62,089 bases of DNA. Origin: a virus (taxonomy: Duplodnaviria; Caudoviricetes). The translations under genes were made by a program, and so were the position numbers. Numbering within the stretch: the first letter of the stretch is position 1; every line of letters begins with the position of its first letter. The stretch spans positions 1 through 62,089 of the IMG/VR virus record IMGVR_UViG_3300035307_000014, one strand, 5' to 3'. Below the pieces are notes generated by a model that searched no databases, had not been told where the DNA came from, and saw only the letters and a program-made list of their open reading frames with translations. This document shows, piece by piece, positions 19,820 through 29,405 of the stretch.

Positions 19820-20356
19820 ATGGAAAGAGAAGATTTATCTGGCCGCACTTACAACAAGTGGCGAGTCATTGAGTTTTCCCACACTGGGAACAGCAACAAA
19901 CAACACTGGCTTTGCGAGTGTCAATGCGGCACACGCAAAGCCGTTGAGGCTTACAACCTCCGTTCTGGCAGGTCTAAGTCGTGCAGGAAGTGCTCTGCCG
20001 TGGTCGCAACAATCGCGTTGGTAACTCACGGCATGCGCAACAGTAAGGTGTATCACGCGTGGCAGTCGATGAAGACGCGCTGCTACAATGAAAAGCAGGT
20101 CAAATCATTCAAGTATCACGGTGCGGTTGGCGTGAAAGTTGCGAATGAATGGCTGAACGACTTTCAGGCGTTCTATGACCACATTGGCGATCCGCCAACC
20201 AAGTACCATACGGTTGATCGAATTGAACCTTTTGGCGACTATGCTCCTGGGAATGTTCGCTGGGCAACACAGAGCGAGCAGATGAAGAACACACGGCGTG
20301 TGAAGGACAGCGCTAGGTGGGATAGTATCCAGGGACTGATAAATACACCGGCTTAA
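19820..20356 (+). CDS. free-standing HNH-type homing endonuclease
   Basis: WLCECQCG, HGM...WQSMKTRC and TVDRIEPFGDYAPGNVRWAT motifs. Confidence 0.85.
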   Translation: MEREDLSGRTYNKWRVIEFSHTGNSNKQHWLCECQCGTRKAVEAYNLRSGRSKSCRKCSAVVATIALVTHGMRNSKVYHAWQSMKTRCYNEKQVKSFKYHGAVGVKVANEWLNDFQAFYDHIGDPPTKYHTVDRIEPFGDYAPGNVRWATQSEQMKNTRRVKDSARWDSIQGLINTPA

Positions 20357-20389
20357 TGCCGACAACTCACACTAGAAAGTAAGAAACGC

Positions 20390-20833
20390 ATGGCCGGTGA
20401 AAAAGGTTCTGGATACGCCAACGGCTTACTGTTGGCGATCTTCAACGCAGACTTTAGCAATCTTTCTGTATCGAGCCTGATGCGCGATGCTGCATCACCT
20501 CTGACAAACCTATGGCTATCGCTCCACAGCGCTGATCCTACTGCGGCAGGAAATCAGGGTTCCAACGAGATTGTGTATACCTCTTACGCTCGCATATCGG
20601 TCGCGCGCACGAGTAGCGGCTTCACGGTTGTGGGCGGATCGTGCACTTTGACATCGACGATGAACTTTCCGAAGTGCACTGGGGGAACCGCGACCGCGAC
20701 GCATTTTGGGGTCGGCACGGACTCATCTGGAACCGGCCATTTGCTTTATGCGGGACCGATCACACCGAGCATCACGATCACAAATCAGGTAACGCCGGAA
20801 CTGACCTCCGGGACCACGATCACCGAGGCGTAA
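20390..20833 (+). CDS. conserved virion structural protein
   Basis: LWLSLHSADP..E..YTSYAR family pattern. Confidence 0.7.
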   Translation: MAGEKGSGYANGLLLAIFNADFSNLSVSSLMRDAASPLTNLWLSLHSADPTAAGNQGSNEIVYTSYARISVARTSSGFTVVGGSCTLTSTMNFPKCTGGTATATHFGVGTDSSGTGHLLYAGPITPSITITNQVTPELTSGTTITEA

Positions 20834-20837
20834 TCCC

Positions 20838-21509
20838 ATGATCTCTGGAGCGGGCATTGCCAGGGGCGGCATCTCTGCGCCGGATACCGTCTATGCGCCT
20901 GCTGCGGGCTCCGTCACGGGCGTTTGCACGGTCTCGGGCACCGGATCGTCTTTGGCGTCCGCGACAGGGGCGGCTGACGGCGTTGCATCCGTGTCGGGCG
21001 TCAGCGCAGAGTTGGCGGAGGCTGCTGGGGCTGTCACCGCTTCCTGTGCGGTGACAGGGATAGGTGCTGCACGGGCGTCTGGCATCGGCGCGGTGGATGG
21101 AGCCGCCACGGTTTTCGGCTCTGGCGCGGCCGTCCTTGAGCGTTCTACGGCTGTATGGCGGCGTTATATCGTGTCGTCCTTCAGGCAGGAGCTGACACCT
21201 CCGATTTTGGCCGCTGAGCAAGCGATGGTGGACTTCGACTTTGGCCCGCTGCTGATCTCGGGCGAGACTGTGCTGTTGCCGCCGACGCTGACGTGCAGCG
21301 CGACGTGGGGAACGGACGCTGCGCCAAGCGCCAAGCTCATCGGTTCCGCCACTGTGAACCCATCGCCCTCTACCGGGATCACAGACGGAGCTGTCGCCCA
21401 GCTCGTGGGCGGGATGAACGGAGCGACGCGGTATAAGTTGCAGTGCTCCGTGGTAACGACGAAGGGGCAGACGCTGAGCCGTAGCGCCTACCTGAATTGC
21501 AATAGTTGA
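20838..21509 (+). CDS. structural/adaptor protein
   Basis: Gly/Ala repeats followed by a beta-sandwich-like C-terminus (DFDFGPLL..YKLQCSVVT). Confidence 0.6.
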   Translation: MISGAGIARGGISAPDTVYAPAAGSVTGVCTVSGTGSSLASATGAADGVASVSGVSAELAEAAGAVTASCAVTGIGAARASGIGAVDGAATVFGSGAAVLERSTAVWRRYIVSSFRQELTPPILAAEQAMVDFDFGPLLISGETVLLPPTLTCSATWGTDAAPSAKLIGSATVNPSPSTGITDGAVAQLVGGMNGATRYKLQCSVVTTKGQTLSRSAYLNCNS

Positions 21510-21520
21510 GTTTCCCGCGG

Positions 21521-22351
21521 TCAAAACGGGCACTCCTCGACATCGATTTTTGCCGCGGCTAATTTTGCGGCGATCTCTGCGGCCTGCGTTGCTCGTTTCG
21601 CTACGACCGAGGCGACTTCATTCGCGAAATAGTGCCAACTGCGAATTCCTCCACGCCTGGCTTTACCGTCAGTTTTCTGGCGGATCACGATCTCACGGAT
21701 TGCCTCTTCGACAGAGGGAGCGCCGAAGTTGTCCATCATGGCGCCCAACTCGGCATAGGCCGGGGGGTTGAACAGGACGGGAGCCAGACAAGCGTTTTCG
21801 TCCAGCTTTTTCATAGCGATAGCGAACCTTTGCACGTCTTCTTCAGCAGTTGCAGTTCGAGAAAGTTGCGTAGCGTACTTTTTACAACGGACCTCGCGAT
21901 CTTGCTCCGCGTGAAGGACGTTGTCCTTTTGGGACGATGAAAAAGAAAGGTCGTTGTGTTGTGATCCTCCAGTCACAAGGGGTTGTGATGGTACGGTCAC
22001 AAGGGGTTGTGATCCTGGGATCACAAGGTCATTCTCAGGCATTGGAACCTCTGGTGGAAGCGCGGCGTCCATCATGACTCGGTACACGCAAATATTCTGC
22101 CGCTTGTCGCCGTGTTCGGCGGCTCGGTAGTCATGTTTCTGAAGATATTGGAGTTTCGTGAGGCGTGCGATGGAACGGTTGGTTGCCTCTCGGCTCTTCC
22201 CGAGCGCCGCCGCCAGTTTCTTCTGGCTGATGGAGCACCAGCCTTGCGCATTGGTGTGGCGCCCAATGCAGAGCAGGACGCGGCAATCAAAATCTGTCAG
22301 GCGCGCATCGTATCCGGCCGCGCCAGGGACGATGGAATAACGTGGACTCAA
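21521..22351 (-). CDS. phage replication initiator-like protein with N-terminal winged HTH
   Basis: RVLLCIG..GWCSISQKKLAAALGKSREATNRSIARL; internal SQPLVT repeats; probable TTG start after GAGGT (frame open to 22555). Confidence 0.7.
   Translation of the reverse strand: MSPRYSIVPGAAGYDARLTDFDCRVLLCIGRHTNAQGWCSISQKKLAAALGKSREATNRSIARLTKLQYLQKHDYRAAEHGDKRQNICVYRVMMDAALPPEVPMPENDLVIPGSQPLVTVPSQPLVTGGSQHNDLSFSSSQKDNVLHAEQDREVRCKKYATQLSRTATAEEDVQRFAIAMKKLDENACLAPVLFNPPAYAELGAMMDNFGAPSVEEAIREIVIRQKTDGKARRGGIRSWHYFANEVASVVAKRATQAAEIAAKLAAAKIDVEECPF
21959..22026. repeat. three tandem palindromic TTGTGA-N8-TCACAA units with 24-bp period; putative origin iterons
   Basis: Units at 21959, 21983 and 22007 separated by GGGG. 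Confidence 0.75.
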
Positions 22352-22649
22352 GTGATGACCTCGCGTATTGCGAGGCTGGCCAGAAAAGCTCTTGAGCCAA
22401 GGACTACCCCCTGCTATAACAGGGTGCGACACAACGATAGCCCAGCCGAACTCTATGGGTCTACAGCTTTTCTGAGGATGCAGCCTCAGTTCATGGTTCA
22501 AGTCCAGGCCGCCGGTTACCGCCGAGCGGCCAAAACTTTGTCTGGAACCTAGCACGAACTTCTTGCCACATCAAGAAAATCAGTCCAAATCGGCTGCGCA
22601 TCGCGCTGAACTTAACCAAAGTCAAGAGCAATTTTAAGGATCGAACCTA

Positions 22650-23099
22650 ATGGGTGCGGTAGCAACGTTCGACTATGAGAAGTGGAACGCGGCTTATCCC
22701 GAGTTCGCGAATATCGATGAGGTGCGCGCCAGCATCTTCTGGCAAGAGGCGACGCTCTATCATAGCAACGACGGGACGGGCCTCGTCAACGATCTGGCGC
22801 AACAGGAGATGCTGTTGGGGCTTCTCACGGCGCATATCGCATTCTTGCGCGTGGGCACAGTCGGCAATCCATCCCCAGCCTCACAGGGCATCGTAGGGCG
22901 CGTATCGAGCGCTTCGATGGGGCCTGTGTCGGTATCGGCGGACTTGCAGGGATTGCCGGGGACGGCGGTGTGGTTTGGTCAGTCCCCGTGGGGGCTGAGT
23001 TATTGGCAGGCGACGGCAGTCTACCGCACCATGCGTTATCGCCATCGCCACGGACGCACATTCAGCGGATACTACGGCGGCTACGGGAGTTGGCGGTGA
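22650..23099 (+). CDS. head-tail adaptor (DUF4054 type)
   Basis: YPEF, LLTAHIA, GRVSSAS.G.VSVS and WFGQSPWG.SYW motifs. Confidence 0.85.
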   Translation: MGAVATFDYEKWNAAYPEFANIDEVRASIFWQEATLYHSNDGTGLVNDLAQQEMLLGLLTAHIAFLRVGTVGNPSPASQGIVGRVSSASMGPVSVSADLQGLPGTAVWFGQSPWGLSYWQATAVYRTMRYRHRHGRTFSGYYGGYGSWR

Positions 23100-23494
23100 A
23101 TATCTATATGATCGCCGCGCCTATGATCTCGGCTGTAAAGCCCATCGAGAGCTTCATCGTGGCGCGCCGCCAGGAGATCGTGGACAGCTTCGGGCGCAGT
23201 CAGGTCACGACGACACGGTTATCCGCGTCCGGCTCCATCACGCCATCGGGCGACAACATGCTGGCGCGTGATGAAAATTACCAGACTCAGGGCAACACAA
23301 TAACGATCATCACGGCGTTCAAACTGCGTGGACCGTCCAAAGACGCGTTGTCGCGCAGTTATCAGCCCGACATCATCGAGTGGCGCTGGGGCCGTTACAT
23401 CGTGGAGACGCTGAACGACTGGAGTGGCGGCGGCGGGGGCATGGTAGAAGCTGAGTGCAAATCAACTGATCTCATGGATCTTCCGCCTGAATGA
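23096..23494 (+). CDS. head closure protein
   Basis: GTG overlaps the previous stop; PDIIEW..Y.V..NDW; position in the neck cluster. Confidence 0.7.
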   Translation: MNIYMIAAPMISAVKPIESFIVARRQEIVDSFGRSQVTTTRLSASGSITPSGDNMLARDENYQTQGNTITIITAFKLRGPSKDALSRSYQPDIIEWRWGRYIVETLNDWSGGGGGMVEAECKSTDLMDLPPE

Positions 23495-24078
23495 CCGACA
23501 GCTCAACGGGCGGCTATCTGACGCCATCTGCAACGCCAGCGCCGTTGCAGGGCGACAGCCTCAACACGTTCGTGCAGCCCATCATTGTGGGCATCACGGG
23601 GCTGCCTGGGGCGATGGTGAGGCCAGCATTCCAGACTGAGCCCCCAGATGCTCCAGACGGCGGGACGGCCTGGGCTGCGTTCCGCTACACGTCGCGGAAA
23701 ACCGACAATTATCCGTTCGTCGGCCACAACACAGACGGCTCCGACACGCTGCGGCGCCACGAGGAAATCGATATCCTCGTCAGTTTCTACGATCTCGGAT
23801 CGTCCGGCTTGGCTGACCAATACGCCGCGCTACTTCGCGACGGGCTGGCGATCCCGCAGAACCTGGAAACCCTCCGCACTGCCGGAATGGGCTTCGTCTC
23901 CTGTGGCGACCTGACGACGGTTCCCGTGATCCTCAAGCAACGCTGGCTCTATCGCGTTGACCTGCCCTTCACCATCCGCCGCGAAATCGTGCGCGTCTAT
24001 CCAGTTCTAAACCTCCTCACGGCGACCGCAACCGTAACAACGGACGGCGGCGTTACAGTCCACATCGCCACAAATTGA
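23491..24078 (+). CDS. tail terminator / neck protein
   Basis: DSSTGGYL, GITGLPG.MVRP; directly before the sheath gene. Confidence 0.75.
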   Translation: MTDSSTGGYLTPSATPAPLQGDSLNTFVQPIIVGITGLPGAMVRPAFQTEPPDAPDGGTAWAAFRYTSRKTDNYPFVGHNTDGSDTLRRHEEIDILVSFYDLGSSGLADQYAALLRDGLAIPQNLETLRTAGMGFVSCGDLTTVPVILKQRWLYRVDLPFTIRREIVRVYPVLNLLTATATVTTDGGVTVHIATN

Positions 24079-24088
24079 GGCAAACTCT

Positions 24089-25588
24089 ATGGCTTTGACT
24101 ATCGGCTTGCCGGTAAGCCGTTTGATTTCGGCTACCGTAAATCTTGCGGCTGTGGGCGCGGCTGCGCCAAACTTCAGCACATGCCTGTTACTCGGAACAT
24201 CAACCGTGGTCAACGTCACGGAACGCTCGCGGAATTACACGTCGCTCGCGGCTGTGGCCACGGACTTTGGGACCAGCGCTGAGGAGTATCTTGGCGCGGT
24301 TGCGTGGTTCGGGCAGTCGCCCAAGCCATCGAGCCTGTTGATTGGGCGCTGGGCGAACACCGCCAGCCACGGGCAGCTTATCGGCGGCGTGGTCTCGGCC
24401 ACGAACCAGCTTATGGCGACGTGGACCGCGATTACAACGGGATCGTTCCACATCAGCCTGGACGGGACCGGCTACGATGTGACCGGCCTCGACTTCCATT
24501 CTCAGACAACGCTCAACGGCGTGGCATCCGTGATCACTGCCGGGGTGACCGCTCACGGCGCCACGGTGGTCTGGAACGCCACGTACCAACGTTTCGAGTG
24601 CACGCTCACATCCACGGGCATCACCTCAATTGTGACGTTCGCTACGGCGGTATCGCCATCCTCAGGCGTTGACATCTCCTCCATGCTCGCCTGGCGCTCT
24701 ACGTCGTCGGGGGCCTATCAGGCTTCGGGTATCGCGGCAGAGAGCGCGCTCGCTTGTGTCACGATCTTCGATCAGTACTGGAGCGATCAGTGGTACGGCC
24801 TCGTCATCCCCACCGCCACTGACACGGATCATGCGGCCGTGGGCTCGTACATCGAAGCGGCAACCGCCTCGCACATTTACGGCGTGACGAGCAGCGACGG
24901 CGCGATCATTACAAGCAGCACGGGCACCAATATCGCCTACACGTTGAAGACTCTCGGCTTGACGCACAGTCTTGTCCAGTATTCGAGCACAAGCTCCCAT
25001 GCCGTGTTGAGCCTGCTGGCGAGAATCCTCACGACAGACTGGACTGCAAACAATACAGCCATAACGCTCATGTATAAAAATGAGCCCGGAATTACCGCAG
25101 AAACCCTAACTGAAACACAGATGGGTTATCTTGAGGGATACAACTGCAACGTATTCGTAAATTACAGCAATAGTACGGCAATCATTGAGCCAGGAAAAGT
25201 TTGCAGCGGTGATTATATCGACACGATAATTGGAAGTGATTGGCTGAAAGTCACGATTCAGACCGATCTGTACAATGCGCTGAAGACTTCAACCACAAAA
25301 ATCCCCCAGACAGACGGCGGCATGCATCAGCTTGCCACGATAATCGAGTCTGACTTGGCCCAGGGTGTCAACAACGGGCTCCTCGCCCCCGGCATTTGGA
25401 CGGGCTCCAGCTTCGGGCAGATCGTCACGGGCGACTACCTTCCTAAGGGTTATTACGTATACCAGCCCGCGATCTCGTCTCAGTCGTCCACCGCCCGCGC
25501 CGCGCGCCAGTCCGTCGCCTTTCAGGTCGCCGCAGTCCTTGGCGGCGCTGTCCACACCGCGTCCGTTGCAATTAACGTTGCGCCGTAA
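24089..25588 (+). CDS. contractile tail sheath (DUF3383 type)
   Basis: VATDFG...EY, ITLMYK.EPGI, KIPQTD.G, GAVH motifs. Confidence 0.9.
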   Translation: MALTIGLPVSRLISATVNLAAVGAAAPNFSTCLLLGTSTVVNVTERSRNYTSLAAVATDFGTSAEEYLGAVAWFGQSPKPSSLLIGRWANTASHGQLIGGVVSATNQLMATWTAITTGSFHISLDGTGYDVTGLDFHSQTTLNGVASVITAGVTAHGATVVWNATYQRFECTLTSTGITSIVTFATAVSPSSGVDISSMLAWRSTSSGAYQASGIAAESALACVTIFDQYWSDQWYGLVIPTATDTDHAAVGSYIEAATASHIYGVTSSDGAIITSSTGTNIAYTLKTLGLTHSLVQYSSTSSHAVLSLLARILTTDWTANNTAITLMYKNEPGITAETLTETQMGYLEGYNCNVFVNYSNSTAIIEPGKVCSGDYIDTIIGSDWLKVTIQTDLYNALKTSTTKIPQTDGGMHQLATIIESDLAQGVNNGLLAPGIWTGSSFGQIVTGDYLPKGYYVYQPAISSQSSTARAARQSVAFQVAAVLGGAVHTASVAINVAP

Positions 25589-25612
25589 TAAGCCAATCTA
25601 AGGTATTGAATC

Positions 25613-26059
25613 ATGAGCACATACGCGTTTTCAGACGTGTCCTGCACGCTCCTTGGGCCTGGCGGGACGATCTCTCTTGGCTACGGCGCAGGAACCTCCG
25701 ACGAGGGCATCAGCATCACGATGCTCGAAGATAAAACCACGATGACCGTTGGGGCCGACGGCTCTATCATGCACTCCCTGCATGCAGGGAAGGGCGCTGA
25801 CATCGCCGTGCGGCTACTGAAGACCTCTCCGACAAATGCGCAGCTTTCTCAGCTTTATCAGGCGCAGTCCGCGTCGTCTGCACTCTGGGGAAAGAACGTC
25901 ATCAAAGTTTCCGACACGGCGCGCGGGGATATTGTTGCCGCGACTGACGTGGCCTTTGCCCGTCATGCGCCGTTAACTTACGGAAAAGACGCGAATATGA
26001 ATGAATGGACGTTCAAGGGCAGTGTTGTCCAGTTGCTCGGCACGGGGGTTAATGTCTGA
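25613..26059 (+). CDS. tail tube protein (DUF3277 type)
   Basis: TYAFSDV, MTVGADG..MHSL, LLKTSPTN motifs. Confidence 0.88.
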   Translation: MSTYAFSDVSCTLLGPGGTISLGYGAGTSDEGISITMLEDKTTMTVGADGSIMHSLHAGKGADIAVRLLKTSPTNAQLSQLYQAQSASSALWGKNVIKVSDTARGDIVAATDVAFARHAPLTYGKDANMNEWTFKGSVVQLLGTGVNV

Positions 26060-26469
26060 TGGCTGAGTTTACTCTCAACGGCGAAACATATCAGGCGCGC
26101 AAACTTTCCGCCATGGAGCAGTTCCATTTGGGCCGCAAGTTAGCTCACGTCCTCTCGTTCCTCGCGGCCCAAGAGGATCGCACGAAGCTCGCAGAGGCGT
26201 TCCCACGCGCCTTCACGGCTCTGTCGGGGCACATCGATCAGGCTGATGTGGACGCAGTGTTTAAGGCGTGCCTCGGGGCCACCAGCCGCCGCCAGCCCAC
26301 GGGTTGGGTCCCCGTCGCGCCGAACGGCGTGCTGATGTTTAATGATATCGATGATCTAAAATCCATGCTCGCCATCGTCTGGCAAGTGCTCCAGGCGAAC
26401 GGCCTCATTGATTTTTTCGGCGAAAGCCCCTCCGCTTCAGGGACGGGGACGACGGGGGCGATTGGGTAA
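26059..26469 (+). CDS. tail assembly chaperone (G-like)
   Basis: KLSAMEQFH..RKLA; follows the tube gene; slippery T TTT TTC at 26412. Confidence 0.8.
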   Translation: MAEFTLNGETYQARKLSAMEQFHLGRKLAHVLSFLAAQEDRTKLAEAFPRAFTALSGHIDQADVDAVFKACLGATSRRQPTGWVPVAPNGVLMFNDIDDLKSMLAIVWQVLQANGLIDFFGESPSASGTGTTGAIG

Positions 26470-26645
26470 GCATGCCCGGCGACGAAGACTGGCTGATGGC
26501 ACCCGTCCTGGCAGGACTGTGCCGATATGAAAGCCTGATCGACGGGACGCTTGGCGTCGCCGACCTCGCCCGGATGCACGATGCGCTTGCCGTGAGGGCC
26601 GAGAATGAGCGGCGCGCCCGCGAAAGGATGCCGGACCATGGATAG
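26412..26645 (+). CDS. -1 frameshift extension of the tail assembly chaperone (T-like; in-frame ATG at 26472)
   Basis: The -1 frame is open from the slippery site and reads ..DWVSMPGDEDWLMAPV..YESLIDGTL..DLARMHDAL. Confidence 0.75.
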   Translation, partial: FFRRKPLRFRDGDDGGDWVSMPGDEDWLMAPVLAGLCRYESLIDGTLGVADLARMHDALAVRAENERRARERMPDHG

Positions 26646-27156
26646 CGGCGCGCGCACGGTCAAAGACATGACGCCGGAAGTTCTGGAGGCCATCCGTCGC
26701 CTCGCGAACACACGCGTCATGGTCGGCATTCCCGCCGAGAATGCCTTTCGCGCTCCAGAGCCAGGGGAAACGGTCACGCCTCCAACGAATTGCGAACTTG
26801 GCTATATCAATGAGTTTGGAGATCCTGCGCTCCGCATCCCGCCACGCCCGTTTTTGGTGCCGTCTATGATGGAAATGCAGCCAGAGATTATCTCCAGGCT
26901 CAACAAGGCCGCAGACACAGCGCTCGCTGGGCGACCCGATGGCGTCACCAAGGCGTTGATGGCCCTCGGAATGCGCTGCGCCAACGCCGTGCAGTTGAAG
27001 ATCACGAACGGGCCATTTAAGCCGTTGGCAGAATACACGATCTGGAAGCGCCAGCATCGGAAGCCTCCGCGCATGGGGACGAAGCCGCTAATGGACCTTG
27101 GTCATCTGCGGCGCTCGATCACTTTCGCAATCAGAAACATCGGAAAAACACGCTAA
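26638..27156 (+). CDS. neck/tail completion protein
   Basis: VMVGIP..INEFG..IPPRPFL..KPL.D.GHLRRSIT motifs. Confidence 0.75.
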   Translation: MDSGARTVKDMTPEVLEAIRRLANTRVMVGIPAENAFRAPEPGETVTPPTNCELGYINEFGDPALRIPPRPFLVPSMMEMQPEIISRLNKAADTALAGRPDGVTKALMALGMRCANAVQLKITNGPFKPLAEYTIWKRQHRKPPRMGTKPLMDLGHLRRSITFAIRNIGKTR

Positions 27157-28788
27157 ATGGCTGATACAATTAAGGAATTCCTTGTCAGCCTTGGGTTCAA
27201 GGTCGATGAAAGTTCTTTCCGAAAATTCAAAGATGGCGTCGGCATGTCGTCCGCCGATGTCGCCAAGCTTGGCCTCGCCGCGACCGGGACCGCTGTGGCC
27301 GTGGCGGCGGCCGTCGTTAAGATCTCGAAAGAATATGAAAACCTCTATTGGGCCAGCCAACGCACGGGCGCGACGGTCACCAACCTTCAGGCCGTCTCCT
27401 ACGCTGCCAGCCAGATCGGTTTGAGCGCAGACCAGGGCAAAGGCGCGATTGAGGCTATGGCCGCAAGTATGCGCATGAACCCCGGCTTGCAAGGGCTCGC
27501 CACCGCCTATGGTGCCAGCGCGAAAGACCCCGTCGAACGCCTCCAGCAACTCGTCACGGGGATGAAGAAGGCATTCGGGCCGGACGGTTATTTTGCAGCG
27601 GCAATGCAGGCGAGCAACTTCGGCATTCCCGAGCCAGTGTTCTTCCAGATGTGGGCGAACATCGACAAGATGAAGGAAGAAGCCGACGACTACAAGAAGC
27701 GTGTCAAGGACGTTGGATTAAACACAGAAGAGACCGCAAAGGATTCAAATGCGCTCCAGACTTCACTAAGAAGGCTTGGAAGCGATTTCGATCTGTTAGG
27801 CACAGCCATATCCTCAAAGTTTATTGTTCCACTAAAAGACGCTGTGGACTGGATAGATAAAATGATCCTGGCCACAGGGAAGATAACGGCGATGTCTGCG
27901 GAACAGCATCACGAAGGCCTTAAAGAGAAGCGAGAGAAATTCAGGTCTGGCATCAATAGCTGGCTTGGAGAAAAGCTATTTCCTGATCTTCCTGAGAGCG
28001 AGATGCCGACTCCACCGGCTGCGGCCAGTCCCATGGCGCCACGAGAGAATGCGGACTCCATCCGCGCGCCAGCAAATGAACTTGATGTGATCGCCCAGAT
28101 TGAGAGCGGAGGCCGCGCCAATGCCAGAACGGGCCGCTACAAAGGCAAGTTCCAGCTTTCTGACGAAGAGTTCCTGAAGTACGGCGGGGGCGACATCTAC
28201 AATGCGGCGGACAACGAACGCGCGGCGTCGGCCAAACTTGATGCGCAGAAAGCCGCGTTCCGGCGGCGGCATGACAGGAACCCGAGCCTGACCGAGCTAT
28301 ACATGATGCACCAGCAAGGAGAGGGCGGCGCGGAGGCCCACATGGCTCACCCGGAGCGTCCTGCGTGGCTGAACATGTACTCTACGGCTGAAGGGCGCAG
28401 ACGCGGGCCAGAGTGGGCAAGGAAAGCGATATGGGGAAACGTCCCCGGCGACATGAAGGGTCGTTTCGGCGGAGCGTCGTCGATCACAAGCCATGAGTTC
28501 ATGGACCTGTGGCACGAGAAGATCGATAGGTTTTCCGCTCGCCTCGGCGGTGGGTCGCGCGGCTGGAACGCCCGGACGGAGCCGACAGACGAGCAGAGCC
28601 AGGCGGACACGTTCGCGCGCGGGGCCAAGGCGGAGGCGCCGGACATCACCCAGCACAATAACTTCACGGTTCACATCAACGGCGTGACTGAGCCGGAAAG
28701 AGTGCGCGATGCAATGCGCGACGGCGCGCGCGATTGGTCGCGGATCACGGCTGACCAGTTGGCGAAGCGCCAGGACACCATGCGTTAA
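27157..28788 (+). CDS. tape measure protein with a lytic transglycosylase-like domain
   Basis: IKEFLVSLGF N-terminus; IAQIESGG..GKFQL..YMMHQQG lysozyme-fold motifs. Confidence 0.85.
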   Translation: MADTIKEFLVSLGFKVDESSFRKFKDGVGMSSADVAKLGLAATGTAVAVAAAVVKISKEYENLYWASQRTGATVTNLQAVSYAASQIGLSADQGKGAIEAMAASMRMNPGLQGLATAYGASAKDPVERLQQLVTGMKKAFGPDGYFAAAMQASNFGIPEPVFFQMWANIDKMKEEADDYKKRVKDVGLNTEETAKDSNALQTSLRRLGSDFDLLGTAISSKFIVPLKDAVDWIDKMILATGKITAMSAEQHHEGLKEKREKFRSGINSWLGEKLFPDLPESEMPTPPAAASPMAPRENADSIRAPANELDVIAQIESGGRANARTGRYKGKFQLSDEEFLKYGGGDIYNAADNERAASAKLDAQKAAFRRRHDRNPSLTELYMMHQQGEGGAEAHMAHPERPAWLNMYSTAEGRRRGPEWARKAIWGNVPGDMKGRFGGASSITSHEFMDLWHEKIDRFSARLGGGSRGWNARTEPTDEQSQADTFARGAKAEAPDITQHNNFTVHINGVTEPERVRDAMRDGARDWSRITADQLAKRQDTMR

Positions 28789-29375
28789 TGAGCAGTTTTC
28801 TTAGCGGAGCGCTGACCGGGACCGCAGTCGGTCTTGGCGGGAGCGCCGTCACATCGGCGATCTCCTCGATCTTCGTGAACCCGCGCTCCATCGGAGGCTT
28901 TACCGCCGACGTGACGATTGAGGAGCGGCACGAGGACGTGCTGACTGTGACCTCTCATCCCGTGGAGACGGGCAGCACGATCTCGGACCACGCCTATCGG
29001 CAACCGAGTAAGGTCACGATCCGCTGTGGCTGGAGCAACGCGAGCATTGGCGCTATCGTCGGCACGGTTACGTCTCTGCTTAGCGGCTCATTCGACACGA
29101 ATTACGTCAGAACCGTCTATAACAATTTCCTGACGTTGCAACAATCGCGCCAGTTATTCGACGTACTTACCGGGAAACGCAACTATAACAACATGCTCAT
29201 AACGCGCCTGAGCATCGTCACGGACGCCACCAGCGAAAACGCCCTCATGATGACCTGTGAGTGCCAGGAGATAATACTGGCGACCACGCAGACGGTAAAG
29301 GTCGGGAGCACGAGCAGCGGTGGGACCAAGGCGCTTACGCCAGCGCCGACGTTCAGCAGCAAGACGCCGACGTAA
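28788..29375 (+). CDS. baseplate / tube initiator protein
   Basis: EERHED.L.VTSHPVETG..ISDHAY motif. Confidence 0.8.
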   Translation: MSSFLSGALTGTAVGLGGSAVTSAISSIFVNPRSIGGFTADVTIEERHEDVLTVTSHPVETGSTISDHAYRQPSKVTIRCGWSNASIGAIVGTVTSLLSGSFDTNYVRTVYNNFLTLQQSRQLFDVLTGKRNYNNMLITRLSIVTDATSENALMMTCECQEIILATTQTVKVGSTSSGGTKALTPAPTFSSKTPT

Positions 29376-29399
29376 AAAGGCCCGGCATGAACCGGGCCT
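29373..29399 (-). terminator. intrinsic terminator of the Rha gene
   Basis: AGGCCCGG/CCGGGCCT stem plus T-run on the minus strand. Confidence 0.7.
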
Positions 29400-29405
29400 C
29401 CATGC

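Noticed and set aside
21959-22026. Mini CRISPR array
   Set aside because: Spacers are only 8 nt, it lies inside a CDS, and there are no cas genes; iterons fit better
22490-22530. tRNA gene suggested by GGTTCAAGTCC
   Set aside because: Could not build acceptor, D and anticodon arms
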